Shown here: positions 47,449 to 57,063 of the stretch, piece after piece
How positions within the stretch are numbered: the first letter of the stretch is position 1
How the letters are laid out: every line of letters begins with the position of its first letter
Notes under the pieces: generated by a model
Told to the model about the DNA's origin: nothing
The model's database searches: none
Seen by the model: only the letters and a program-made list of their open reading frames with translations
Assembly (NCBI GenBank): GCA_965202805.1
Contig: OZ241869.1
Location: forward strand, 2,752,001-2,816,000
Origin: Longimicrobiales bacterium
GTDB taxonomy: Bacteria > Gemmatimonadota > Gemmatimonadetes > Longimicrobiales > Gaopeijiaceae
DNA: 64,000 nucleotides
Reading direction: 5' to 3'
Made by a program: the position numbers and the translations under genes

Positions 47449-48726
47449 ATGGCTGCTTCGTCTCCCGCTCCGATCCCCTCGCGCCGCCGCGCCATCGTAG
47501 CCGCGAGTGTGGGCAACGCGCTCGAGTGGTTCGACTGGACCGTGTACGCCACGTTCGCGATCTTCTTCAGCAGCCAGTTCTTCCCCCCCGGGAACGAGAC
47601 GACCGCACTGCTGGCCGCGTACGGCATCTTCGCCGTGGGCTTCATCATGCGCCCGCTCGGTGGCTGGATCATCGGTGTCTTCGCGGATCGCCGGGGCCGC
47701 AAGGCCGCGCTCGTTCTGAGCGTCCTCATGATGGCGGGCGGTTCACTGGTGATCGGCCTGTCCCCGACATTCGCCTCGGCAGGAATCGTCGCGCCCGTCA
47801 TCCTGACCCTGGCGCGCCTGGTACAGGGGCTGTCGCTGGGCGGACTTTACGCATCGGCAACCACGCTGCTCGCCGAAATCGCGCCCGCCGGCCGTCGCGG
47901 ATTCTACTCGAGCTTCGTGTTCTTCAGCCTGGCCGCCGGCATCCTGGTCGCGTCCGCGCTGGGCTGGGCTCTCACGACGAACCTCACCGAGGAGGCGATG
48001 CTGTCGTGGGGATGGCGGGTTCCCTTCATACTCGGCGGGGTCGGCGGGCTGGTCGTGCTCTGGATTCGCAGCTCGGTCCCGGAACCGGAAGCGTCGCCGG
48101 TCTCCTCCGGTCAGGACGTCGTCGAGAAGCCGCTCAACGCGCTTCTGCGCGAGCACCCGGTGGCGCTGCTTCGGATCGTGGGCTTTGCCACCCTGACGAC
48201 CTTCGCCTTCTACATCTTCGTCCCCTACCTGCCCACCTACGCGATCCGCGCGGTCGGCGCGGATGCCTCGGTCGCCTTCGCGGCCAACACCGTCGGCCTC
48301 ATCGTGTTCATGCTCGTGCAGCCGCTGTTCGGGGCACTCTCCGACCGCATCGGGCGCAAGCCCCAGCTGATCTTCTTCGCCCTCGGCTACCTCGTCCTCT
48401 TCTATCCCCTGATGTCGGCGATCCAGCCGACCTTCGGTTCGATTCTCATGCTCGAGCTGTTCGGCCTGGGGCTCTACGCGATGTACTCCTCCATCGCGCC
48501 GGCGATCATGTCGGAGCAGTTTCCCGCCAACGTGCGCGCCGTCGGCATCGGCATCCCCTATAACCTGACGGTCGCTCTGCTGGGGGGCCTCACGCCCTAC
48601 CTCCTCACCTGGCTGCAGAGCATCGGGAGGGAGCAGTCGTTCTTCCTGGTGGTGCTGGCAGGGGCGGTCGTCTCGCTCGTGACCTTCGTGCAGATGCCCG
48701 AGAAGGTCGGTCAGCCCCTGGACTGA
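47449..48726 (+). CDS. MFS transporter (metabolite:H+ symporter family)
   Basis: GNALEWFD, RPLGG, DRRGRK, WGWRVPF and SDRIGRK, with about 12 TM segments. Confidence 0.92.
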   Translation: MAASSPAPIPSRRRAIVAASVGNALEWFDWTVYATFAIFFSSQFFPPGNETTALLAAYGIFAVGFIMRPLGGWIIGVFADRRGRKAALVLSVLMMAGGSLVIGLSPTFASAGIVAPVILTLARLVQGLSLGGLYASATTLLAEIAPAGRRGFYSSFVFFSLAAGILVASALGWALTTNLTEEAMLSWGWRVPFILGGVGGLVVLWIRSSVPEPEASPVSSGQDVVEKPLNALLREHPVALLRIVGFATLTTFAFYIFVPYLPTYAIRAVGADASVAFAANTVGLIVFMLVQPLFGALSDRIGRKPQLIFFALGYLVLFYPLMSAIQPTFGSILMLELFGLGLYAMYSSIAPAIMSEQFPANVRAVGIGIPYNLTVALLGGLTPYLLTWLQSIGREQSFFLVVLAGAVVSLVTFVQMPEKVGQPLD

Positions 48727-48739
48727 CGGTTCCTCGCGT

Positions 48740-50149
48740 ATGGTGACAGAGTCGGCGATGCCGCTGCATTACCGCAGCGCCAGGGAGCTTGCCGATGCCA
48801 TTCGGGCAGGCGAAACGGACTCGCGCGCGCTGACCCGGCTGTTTCTGGATCGGATCGAACGCGGCTCGGCGCTGAAGGCCTTCACGCATGTGGCGGCGGA
48901 GCGGGCAGAGGCGCTGGCCGATGCGGCCGACCGGCTTCTTGCCGCGGGAGTCGTGCTGGGACCGCTGCACGGCGTCCCGGTGGCGGTGAAGGACAGCCTC
49001 GCGTGGGCAGGCACGCCGCTATCGGGGGGATCGCTGGCCCGCGCCGACTGTATCAGCGACCGCACCAGCGCCGTGGTCCGCCGCCTGATTGCGGCCGGCA
49101 TGGTCGTGCTCGGAAAGACTGCCATGACCGAGTTCGCCTTCGGCCTGTCCGGGCAGAACCCGACCTGCGGGACGGCCCGCAATCCGTGGGATCCGCTGCA
49201 CGACCGGGCGCCCGGGGGATCGTCCAGCGGTTCCGGAGTGGCCGTCGCCGCGGGCCTGGCGCCGATTGCGATCGGGGGAGACACGGGCGGTTCGGTGCGG
49301 GCGCCCGCGCTCATGAACCACCTGGTCGGGCACAAGCCTTCCTCGGGCCTCATCAGCCGGGCCGGCTGTCTGCCGCTCAGCTCGACGCTGGATGTGCTGG
49401 GTCCCATCGCGCGGACGGTGGAGGATGTGCGCATCATGACCGCCCTGCTCACGGGTCCCGACTTCGACGATCCTGTTACGCTGGCCCCGCAGCGGACTTC
49501 GATCCCCGCCGGCACGCGCAGGCTGGCGGTCCTGGCCGAGGAGGCGTGGCCCTGCCCGATGAGCCCGGAGGCGGCGGAGCACTGGGGGCTGGCGCTGGAG
49601 CGCATCGCCGGTGCCGGCTGGGCTCTGGAGACCTGGTCTCCCCCCGGCATCCTCGACTTCGAAGGCCTGGGAAGGGACAACTCGACGGTCCTCGCCTTCG
49701 AGGCCTGCCAGCACTACGGAGCGCTGGCGAAGGACCGTACCACGCCGCTCTGGAGCGTCATTCGCGATCGGATCCGGGGCGGCGCCGACATCGACGGAAC
49801 GGACTACGAGGCCGCGCTCGAACGCAGGCGGGCGGTCAGGACGCGCTTCGCCCGGGAGATGGACTCCGACGGGCTACTGATGCCCGGCGCGGATCAGAGC
49901 GCCCGGATCCTCGATCCGGAGGATGAGCGCCACGCGGGACTGGGCGCCTTCCTTCGGCCCGCCAATTTCCTCGGGGCAGCGGCGATCGCTCTCCCCACCA
50001 GCCGGGACGCGGAAGGCATGCCTCTCGGGCTTCAACTGCTCGCGCCCCACGGCAGTGACGCGTCGCTGCTGGCGGTCGCCGCCGGGCTGGAGCGTGCGCT
50101 CGGCGCGGGGCGGCCGGTTCCGGATCCGGGGCCGTGGGGGCTGACGTAG
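48740..50149 (+). CDS. Amidase signature family protein, cytoplasmic
   Basis: AVKD, PGGSSSGS and DTGGSVR; no signal peptide. Confidence 0.9.
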   Translation: MVTESAMPLHYRSARELADAIRAGETDSRALTRLFLDRIERGSALKAFTHVAAERAEALADAADRLLAAGVVLGPLHGVPVAVKDSLAWAGTPLSGGSLARADCISDRTSAVVRRLIAAGMVVLGKTAMTEFAFGLSGQNPTCGTARNPWDPLHDRAPGGSSSGSGVAVAAGLAPIAIGGDTGGSVRAPALMNHLVGHKPSSGLISRAGCLPLSSTLDVLGPIARTVEDVRIMTALLTGPDFDDPVTLAPQRTSIPAGTRRLAVLAEEAWPCPMSPEAAEHWGLALERIAGAGWALETWSPPGILDFEGLGRDNSTVLAFEACQHYGALAKDRTTPLWSVIRDRIRGGADIDGTDYEAALERRRAVRTRFAREMDSDGLLMPGADQSARILDPEDERHAGLGAFLRPANFLGAAAIALPTSRDAEGMPLGLQLLAPHGSDASLLAVAAGLERALGAGRPVPDPGPWGLT

Positions 50150-50269
50150 CTTCGCCCGCCGTGCAGACGGCGGCCGGATCCCGGTTACCAGCAGGCTGCT
50201 TGCTGGCAGGCAGGCTGCCGCGTACCTCTAGCAAACCGTCCTCGACGCCCATGAGTGGAGGTTCACAAG

Positions 50270-51925
50270 ATGCTCACCTTGATGCTCACCCATCCGCGTA
50301 TCACGCAGTCGCTCTTCCACGGCTGCGGGTCGGCATTGCTCGCCCTTCTCTTCACGGTGATGCCGGCCCGGGCCCAGACACCCGCGGAGCCGAGCGGGAT
50401 CGGATGGGCCACCATCGAGGACCTGAACGCGGCGTTCGATTCCGGAGAGCTGACTGCGGAACGGCTCGTCGAGATGAGTCTGGCGCGAATCGAGGCCTAC
50501 GACCAGGCGGGTCCCGAACTCCACGCCATGCTGTGGCTGAACGAGAACGCCCTCCAGCGGGCCAGGGAGCTCGACGAGGAGCGCAGGCGAAGCGGGCCGC
50601 GGTCGCTGCTGCACGGCATCCCCGTAGCGCTCAAGGACAACGTCGACACGGGAGACATGCCCACCACGGGCGGGTCGGCCCTGCTGGCCGGCGCGATCCC
50701 CCCCGACGACGCGTTCATCGTGAAGAAGTTGCGCGACGCCGGGGCGATCATCCTCGCCAAGACCGCCCTGAGCGAGCTCGCGTCCGGGGGCATCCTCAGC
50801 TCGGTCGGCAACTATTTCCCCAAGAACCCCCACGACCCCACGCGAACACCTTCCGGATCATCGACCGGGGCGGGCATCGCCGTCGCCGCGTCCATGGCCC
50901 AACTGGGCGTCGGCACCGACACCGGCGGCTCCATCCGGGGCCCCGCGACGGACAATGGCATCGTCGCGCTCCGTCCGACGCACGGCCTGCTCAGTCACGA
51001 CGGGGTCATTCCGCTGTCGATCACGCTCGACATGGCGGGTCCCATGGGTCGTCACGTGTACGATGTCGCGGCGATGCTCGGGGTCATGACCGGCGTCGAT
51101 CCGGCCGACCCCACGACGCAGAAGAGCGAGGACCGATTCGAGAACGACTACACGCAGTTTCTCGACGCCGGTGCGCTCGAGGGTGCCCGCATCGGGATCG
51201 CGCGCGACTTCATGGGGGAGGACGACGGGGTCACCTGGGTCATCGAGGCGGCGCTGGGGACCATGCGCGCCCAGGGAGCGACGGTCGTCGACGTGCGCTT
51301 TCCGCCATGGCTTCTGGCCGTCAAGGGCGACTGGTACACCACGGTCCGCTATCCGGAGTTCCGGTCCCAGATCGAGGATTATCTCGCCACCCTCGGGCCC
51401 GAGTATCCGAAAACGCTGCAGGAGATGATCGAGCGGTCGGACCGGATCGTAGCGCTGATGCCCGACGGATCCCGCCCGAACCCGGTCCGCTGGAACATCT
51501 TCAGGCAGGAGGAGGCCAGCGGCGAGCTCACAGACTACGAGTACGTGGCGATGCGCGAGCACGGCTTCCCGATGGTTCAGGCGATCGTGCACGGAATGCT
51601 GGACGTTCAGGACCTGGACGCCATCGTCTACCCCCCCTCGAACACGCCCCCTGCCCTGCGTTCCGCCATCAACCACTTCGAGGGCATGGTGGGCACCAAC
51701 ATCGCGAGCCTCGCCGGCCTGCCCGACCTCATCGTGCCGGCGGGATTCACCCGAAGGGGTCTGCCCGTGGGGATTTCCTTCCTCGGCCGCGCCTTCAGCG
51801 AGCCCCGGCTGTTCGCCCTGGGCTACGCCTTCGAGCAGGCCGCGCGCGCGCGCCGGGATCCGATCCACACGCCCCCCCTGCCCGGGGAGCATGTGCCGCG
51901 CCCCGCCGGACCCGGAGGACGCTGA
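50270..51925 (+). CDS. Amidase signature family protein, exported
   Basis: GGAGG RBS, signal (ARA-Q), ALKD, GSSTG and DTGGSIR. Start could be 50255, 50270 or 50282. Confidence 0.9.
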   Translation: MLTLMLTHPRITQSLFHGCGSALLALLFTVMPARAQTPAEPSGIGWATIEDLNAAFDSGELTAERLVEMSLARIEAYDQAGPELHAMLWLNENALQRARELDEERRRSGPRSLLHGIPVALKDNVDTGDMPTTGGSALLAGAIPPDDAFIVKKLRDAGAIILAKTALSELASGGILSSVGNYFPKNPHDPTRTPSGSSTGAGIAVAASMAQLGVGTDTGGSIRGPATDNGIVALRPTHGLLSHDGVIPLSITLDMAGPMGRHVYDVAAMLGVMTGVDPADPTTQKSEDRFENDYTQFLDAGALEGARIGIARDFMGEDDGVTWVIEAALGTMRAQGATVVDVRFPPWLLAVKGDWYTTVRYPEFRSQIEDYLATLGPEYPKTLQEMIERSDRIVALMPDGSRPNPVRWNIFRQEEASGELTDYEYVAMREHGFPMVQAIVHGMLDVQDLDAIVYPPSNTPPALRSAINHFEGMVGTNIASLAGLPDLIVPAGFTRRGLPVGISFLGRAFSEPRLFALGYAFEQAARARRDPIHTPPLPGEHVPRPAGPGGR

Positions 51926-51937
51926 AGCAGCCTCCGG
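51857..51937 (+). repeat. 81-bp direct repeat, copy 1 (amidase 3' end)
   Basis: 72/81 identical to 60627-60707 by manual alignment. Confidence 0.9.
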
Positions 51938-51950
51938 CCCGGGAGGCTGC
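51927..51950 (+). terminator. GC-rich hairpin after the amidase stop
   Basis: GCAGCCTCC-GGCCCG-GGAGGCTGC, with no clear U-tract. Confidence 0.45.
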
Positions 51951-51987
51951 CGGACGGTTCTGCCACTGACAGCCTCAAGGAGATCGC

Positions 51988-52016
51988 TTGTGTCGTATCG
52001 CCAAATCCGCTAGAAT
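51988..52016 (+). promoter_or_regulatory. Putative sigma70 promoter of the SusC-like operon
   Basis: TTGTGT-N17-TAGAAT about 100 nt upstream of the GAGGAGG RBS and ATG. Confidence 0.5.
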
Positions 52017-52113
52017 GCTGGATTTAAGTCTGTACGTGGTCCCGCGCTCTTAGGTCATTCCTGTCGACATCCTGTCGATGCCCCCGGGGCCACTCGTTGT
52101 GAGGAGGTGCAGT

Positions 52114-55100
52114 ATGAGTCGTCGCGGGTTCTTCGTTGGTCTCGGTCTGTTTGCGTTCCTCCTCCTCACAGCGACTCCCGCGCTGGCGCAGGGCGGCACC
52201 ATCACCGGCACCGTCGTCCACGGCGAAACGCTTCGCCCGCTGGCCGGCGCACAGGTCTCGATCCCCGAAACCGGAATCGGCGCCGTGGCGAACAGCGAGG
52301 GACGCTACCTCTTCCTCAACGTGCCGGTTGGCATGCACCCGCTTCAGGTCCAGATGATCGGGTACGGCACGCAGCAGACCACGGTTACCGTGGCTTCGGG
52401 GGAAACCGCGACCGTGGACTTCCAACTCGACATCGAAGCTCTCGGTCTGGACGAGATCGTCGTCACCGGCACGGTCGGCACCATTCAACGCCGAGCAGTC
52501 GCCAACGTGGTCGGGACCATGAACGCGGCCGAGGCGCTCGAGACCAGCGCGCCAGCGAACATCCAGCAGATGCTGACCGGACAGATCCCCGGGGTGTCCG
52601 TCCAGGTCGGCAGCGGCTCGGTCGGGTCCGGCAGCGGCATCATCATCCGCGGACGCAGCACGGTGGCGCTTGGCACACAACCCCTGCTGTACATCGATGG
52701 GGTCCGCGCCAACGGTGGCGTTGTCGGCTTCGGTCCCTGGACGAGCGACGGCACTTCCCGTCTCAATGATCTCAACCCGGAGGAAATAGAGCGGATCGAG
52801 ATCATCAAGGGCCCGGCGGCCGCCACCCTCTACGGCACGGAAGCCTCGGCCGGCGTGATCCAGGTCATCACCAAGAAGGGCGTTCCGGGTCGCGCAACGG
52901 TCGAGGTCGTCGCCCGGCAGGGCGCCAACTGGTTCCACAATCCGGGCGGACGGCTCCCGACCAACTACGGGATCGCCTCGGACGGACGGACCATCATCTC
53001 CCAGCATCCCTACCAGGACGAGGCGGCGGCGGGTCGCGACGTCTTCCGCACCGGAATGGTCCAGGGGTATGTGGTGAACGTCAGGGGCGGACGAGACAAT
53101 CTCACGTACTATTTCTCGGGAGCCTTCGACGACGAGGAAGGCTACCTGCCCAACAACGACAAGACCCGGACCAACGTACGGGCGAATGTTCAGGCGGCCG
53201 TGACGGACGAGCTCGACATGGCCGTCGATCTCGGCGTCGTTCGGAGTCTGAGGCACACGGCGAGGGACATCGATTTCGGCCTGATCGCCACCCACCAGTT
53301 CGGTTCTCCCGTCACCCAGGACACGCCGTTGCGGGGGTTCTCCAATGCTCCTCCTGAAATCACCGCGCTGCGCGACTGGCAGGACCGGCTGAACCGGGGC
53401 ACGGTTTCGACCACGATCAACCACCGACCGACCGACTGGTTGAGCCAGAGAGTCGTCTGGGGACTGGACTTCACCGACTCCAGGCTTTCGACCTTCGTGC
53501 CCCGCATGCCGGACACCGAGGAGGCTTCATACTTCGGCTTCCACGGTTCGGAGGGCGGGGGCCAGGGTGCGAAGGGTGTTGAGGAGAAACGCGACGTGAA
53601 CCAGACGTTCGACTACAACCTCACCGCGTCGTTCGAGCCGTTCTCCGAGGTCACCGCGGCATCGTCGTTCGGGATACAGTATTTCACGCGCGAGTTCCGG
53701 GTGACTTCCGCGAGCGCCATCCAGATGCCGACCCCGGCTGTGTCCACGGTCTCTTCCGGATCGGTGGCAACAGGCGGAGAGTCCTACGTCGCGAACAAGA
53801 CCTTTGGCGTCTTCGGCCAGCAGACGGTCGGATGGCGGGAACAGCTGTTCCTTACCGCCGCGTTGCGCGCCGACGCCAACAGCGCCTTTGGCGAATCCTT
53901 CAACGCCGCCTACTACCCCAAGCTGAGTGGAAGCTGGGTGATCAGCGACGCCGAGTTCTTCAACCTTCCAACCGTCGAGACCCTTCGCCTGCGGGCCGCG
54001 TGGGGAAGGTCGGGGATGCAGCCGGACGCGTTCGCGGCGGTCCGGACCTATGTCCCGTCCGTGGGGCCCGGCAACGTGCCCACCGTGAGGCCCGGGGAAG
54101 TGGGCAATCCGGACCTCAAGCCCGAGGTCGGGTCGGAGCTGGAGGTGGGGTTTGATGCCAGCCTTCTCGGGGACCACGTCAACCTTGAGGTGACCCACTA
54201 CCGGCAGACAACGAACGACGCGATCCTGATCGCCGCGTCGGCGCCGTCGGGCGGCTTCTCCAGCAGCCGCTTCGTCAACGCCGGCAGGGTGGAGAACAAC
54301 GGCTGGGAGCTGTCGCTCACCGCGCGCCCCATCCAGACGCGGGCGTTGGGCTTCAGCCTGACCGGCACCGTCTCTCACAACACGAACCTGCTTGCGGACA
54401 ACGGCGGGCTCCCGCCTCTGCAGATCGACCGGCGGGGCCGTTTCCAGCACATCGAGGGCTGGCCCCTCGGCGCAAACTGGAGTCGGCATGTGGCTTCCGC
54501 GCAGTGGGGTGGGCCTCAGGGCCGGAACCTGGTCAACATCATGTGCCATGGAGGGCCGCCGGGCGTCTTCAACATGGACGAGTCCGAGATCGGCCAGCAT
54601 CCGCCGGTCCCCTGCGGAAACGCGCCCTACTTCTTCACCGCCCAGGCTGGACCCGGATGGCTGGGCAGCCTCTCCTCGCAGCTGACGCTCGGCGACAACC
54701 TGACGCTCAATGCACTGTTCACGTGGTACGCGGACCGTACCAGGTTCAGCACCACGCAGTGGAAGCGGGACAACTCGTTCGGGAACTCGCTCCAGGGGGC
54801 CCAGGCCCGCATCGGCGAACTCGATCCGATCCTGGCGGCCTCATTCCTGACGGCTGGAGTGGAGTGGCCGCACCACCAGCGGGAAGACCACATCCGCCTG
54901 CGCGACGTATCTCTCAGCTACAGCCTGCCGACCAGCCTGGTAGAGGGCTTCGGGATGTCGCGGGCAACCCTGACGGTGACCGGGCGAAACCTGTGGACCC
55001 CATATGTTCACGAGAGCTTCACCGATCTCGATCCGGAAGCGAAACACGCGCGGGACCGGGAGTACGGCTGGCAGCTCAATCCCCCACCCCTGCCACACTC

Positions 55101-55131
55101 CGTCATCACCACGCTGAGGGTGAGGTTCTGA
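52114..55131 (+). CDS. SusC/RagA-like TonB-dependent transporter
   Basis: Signal peptide, N-terminal extension, LDEIVVTG TonB box, PLLYIDG, IEIIKGPAAATLYG, GNPDLKPE and a terminal Phe. Confidence 0.93.
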   Translation: MSRRGFFVGLGLFAFLLLTATPALAQGGTITGTVVHGETLRPLAGAQVSIPETGIGAVANSEGRYLFLNVPVGMHPLQVQMIGYGTQQTTVTVASGETATVDFQLDIEALGLDEIVVTGTVGTIQRRAVANVVGTMNAAEALETSAPANIQQMLTGQIPGVSVQVGSGSVGSGSGIIIRGRSTVALGTQPLLYIDGVRANGGVVGFGPWTSDGTSRLNDLNPEEIERIEIIKGPAAATLYGTEASAGVIQVITKKGVPGRATVEVVARQGANWFHNPGGRLPTNYGIASDGRTIISQHPYQDEAAAGRDVFRTGMVQGYVVNVRGGRDNLTYYFSGAFDDEEGYLPNNDKTRTNVRANVQAAVTDELDMAVDLGVVRSLRHTARDIDFGLIATHQFGSPVTQDTPLRGFSNAPPEITALRDWQDRLNRGTVSTTINHRPTDWLSQRVVWGLDFTDSRLSTFVPRMPDTEEASYFGFHGSEGGGQGAKGVEEKRDVNQTFDYNLTASFEPFSEVTAASSFGIQYFTREFRVTSASAIQMPTPAVSTVSSGSVATGGESYVANKTFGVFGQQTVGWREQLFLTAALRADANSAFGESFNAAYYPKLSGSWVISDAEFFNLPTVETLRLRAAWGRSGMQPDAFAAVRTYVPSVGPGNVPTVRPGEVGNPDLKPEVGSELEVGFDASLLGDHVNLEVTHYRQTTNDAILIAASAPSGGFSSSRFVNAGRVENNGWELSLTARPIQTRALGFSLTGTVSHNTNLLADNGGLPPLQIDRRGRFQHIEGWPLGANWSRHVASAQWGGPQGRNLVNIMCHGGPPGVFNMDESEIGQHPPVPCGNAPYFFTAQAGPGWLGSLSSQLTLGDNLTLNALFTWYADRTRFSTTQWKRDNSFGNSLQGAQARIGELDPILAASFLTAGVEWPHHQREDHIRLRDVSLSYSLPTSLVEGFGMSRATLTVTGRNLWTPYVHESFTDLDPEAKHARDREYGWQLNPPPLPHSVITTLRVRF

Positions 55132-55208
55132 TGATCCGCCGTCAGCCGAGTGACCGAGCACGAAACAGTTTCCTGCCCGCGCTGCCGGCAGGAGGAAGAG
55201 GGGGTCGC

Positions 55209-56462
55209 ATGCGCAATCGATTTCAATACCATCGCGGTTATCACCTGAGCGTTGGCGGGCTGACGCTGATTCTGACGCTGTCGCTCCTCGGGTGTGACAA
55301 CCTTCTGGAAGTGGAACTCCCCGGTGCCACGACTGCCGAAGCACTGGACGATCCGGGGTTCGCCACGTTGCTGACCACCAGCGTCCAGGGTGAGTTCGAG
55401 TGTGCGTACTCCAGCTTCATCTGGGGCACATCTCACCTGGGCGGCGAGATCATCGGCGGATTCGTCGAGGCGGGGGGCGCCGAGTGGCTCCAGCGCAACG
55501 TCACGCCGGCGAGCAGTGACTATGTCGGGAGCGGCTGCGGCGGCACCGGCGTGTACGCGCCGATGGCGACGGCTCGCGCACTTGCGGACGACGTCATCGG
55601 GAGGCTCCAAGCCTGGACGGACCAGGAGGTGGCGGGCCGAGGCGAGCTGCTCGCGAAGGCCAACCTGTACGCGGGGTTCAACTACGTCATCTTCGGCGAC
55701 GCAATGTGCACCGCGGCCTTCGACAACGGCCCTGAGCTGCAGCCGGCGGCCATGTTCGAACTGGCGAAGGACCGCTTCAGCGAGGCCACCTCGGCGAGCG
55801 ATGCCCAGATCAGGAATGCCGCCTATGTCGGACTCGCCCGGGCCAATCTCTCGCTGGGAGACAATCAGGCGGCGCTCTCCGCAGCCGAGCAGGTCTCGCG
55901 CGGCTTCAGCTACGACGTGACCCGCTCGTCCGCCAACAACGCCCGCCGGAATATCATCTACCTGAACAACAACCAGAATCGCAGGATTTCCGTCGACCCG
56001 CACTACTGGGACGTGACCTGGATGGGCGTTCCCGATCCCAGGGTGGACGTCACGAACACGGGCGGCAAGACAACCGACGGCGTGACGGACCTGTGGCTCC
56101 AGACCAAATACGGTTCGGATTCGTCGCCTTACCGGCTCGCGAGCCATGTGGAGGCCCAGTTGATCATCGCCGAGGTCGCGGGAGGCCAGAGGGCCGTCGA
56201 CATCATCAACGAGCTGCACGCCGCCGCGGGAATCCCACCCTTTGAGGGCGGTTCAGAGGCCGAGATCCGGGCTCAGGTCATCGAGGAACGGCGGCGCGAG
56301 TTCTTCCTGGAGGGGAGGAGGTTCGGCGACCTGCGCCGCTACGGCGGGTTTGACGAGTGGACCAAGGGCACGCATCCGTTCACCCCCATCACATATGGGG
56401 GCAACGAGTGCATGCCCCTGCCCAATGTGGAGCGATTCAACAATCCCAGCCTCTCGGGCTGA
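55209..56462 (+). CDS. SusD/RagB-like lipoprotein
   Basis: LLGC lipobox, EAQLIIAE, ERRREFFLEGRRFGDLRR and PLPNVERFNNP. Alternative start at 55131. Confidence 0.9.
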   Translation: MRNRFQYHRGYHLSVGGLTLILTLSLLGCDNLLEVELPGATTAEALDDPGFATLLTTSVQGEFECAYSSFIWGTSHLGGEIIGGFVEAGGAEWLQRNVTPASSDYVGSGCGGTGVYAPMATARALADDVIGRLQAWTDQEVAGRGELLAKANLYAGFNYVIFGDAMCTAAFDNGPELQPAAMFELAKDRFSEATSASDAQIRNAAYVGLARANLSLGDNQAALSAAEQVSRGFSYDVTRSSANNARRNIIYLNNNQNRRISVDPHYWDVTWMGVPDPRVDVTNTGGKTTDGVTDLWLQTKYGSDSSPYRLASHVEAQLIIAEVAGGQRAVDIINELHAAAGIPPFEGGSEAEIRAQVIEERRREFFLEGRRFGDLRRYGGFDEWTKGTHPFTPITYGGNECMPLPNVERFNNPSLSG

Positions 56463-56542
56463 AGGGTGAATTGAGACACGCTTCGCGGGCCCCCCGAAAC
56501 CGGGTGCCGGCGGGCGCGCGCGTTTCCCGAGCGATCTGCAGA

Positions 56543-57052
56543 ATGCTGCTCGCAAGAGACTTCCCGATCCGAAAGTACGTCTGCGTGGCTGCCGTCCAGT
56601 TCCTCTGTTCGGGATGCTTCGGCTATGTCACGGCGGAGCGCGGGACCGTGCCGCCTGGCGAGAGGGTGCGTGTACACCTGACGCAGGAAGGGCTTGACGA
56701 CCTGGTGGAGTTCGCTCCTGGCCTCACGATGGACGGCACGCTCGTTCGGGCCGACAGCGACCAGCTCATCCTGCGCGTCTCGGTCGTGGACCAGACGGTC
56801 GGGATCATGACGAGATCCCTGGGGCAGGACCTGACGATCCCGGCCAGCCGTATCGCTCGACTGGAGCAGCGCGAGCTCGACCGCAGGCGAACCTGGCTGA
56901 CCGCCGGGGTCGGCGCCGCCGCCGTGGCCGCGATTCTGACGAGCTTCGGGGAAGGGGTCCCGAACCCCGAGCTTCCACCTGTGGAGGAGGATCCCGCCGG
57001 ATTCACAGCTTTGAGAGCGGCGATCTCGCTGTTTATGATTCGGGCCCGTTAG
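56543..57052 (+). CDS. Hypothetical lipoprotein with a C-terminal hydrophobic segment
   Basis: Lipobox-like CSGC, GERVRVHLT beta domain and WLTAGVGAAAVAAIL; sits inside the operon. Confidence 0.65.
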   Translation: MLLARDFPIRKYVCVAAVQFLCSGCFGYVTAERGTVPPGERVRVHLTQEGLDDLVEFAPGLTMDGTLVRADSDQLILRVSVVDQTVGIMTRSLGQDLTIPASRIARLEQRELDRRRTWLTAGVGAAAVAAILTSFGEGVPNPELPPVEEDPAGFTALRAAISLFMIRAR

Positions 57053-57063
57053 CGCGGAAACCC

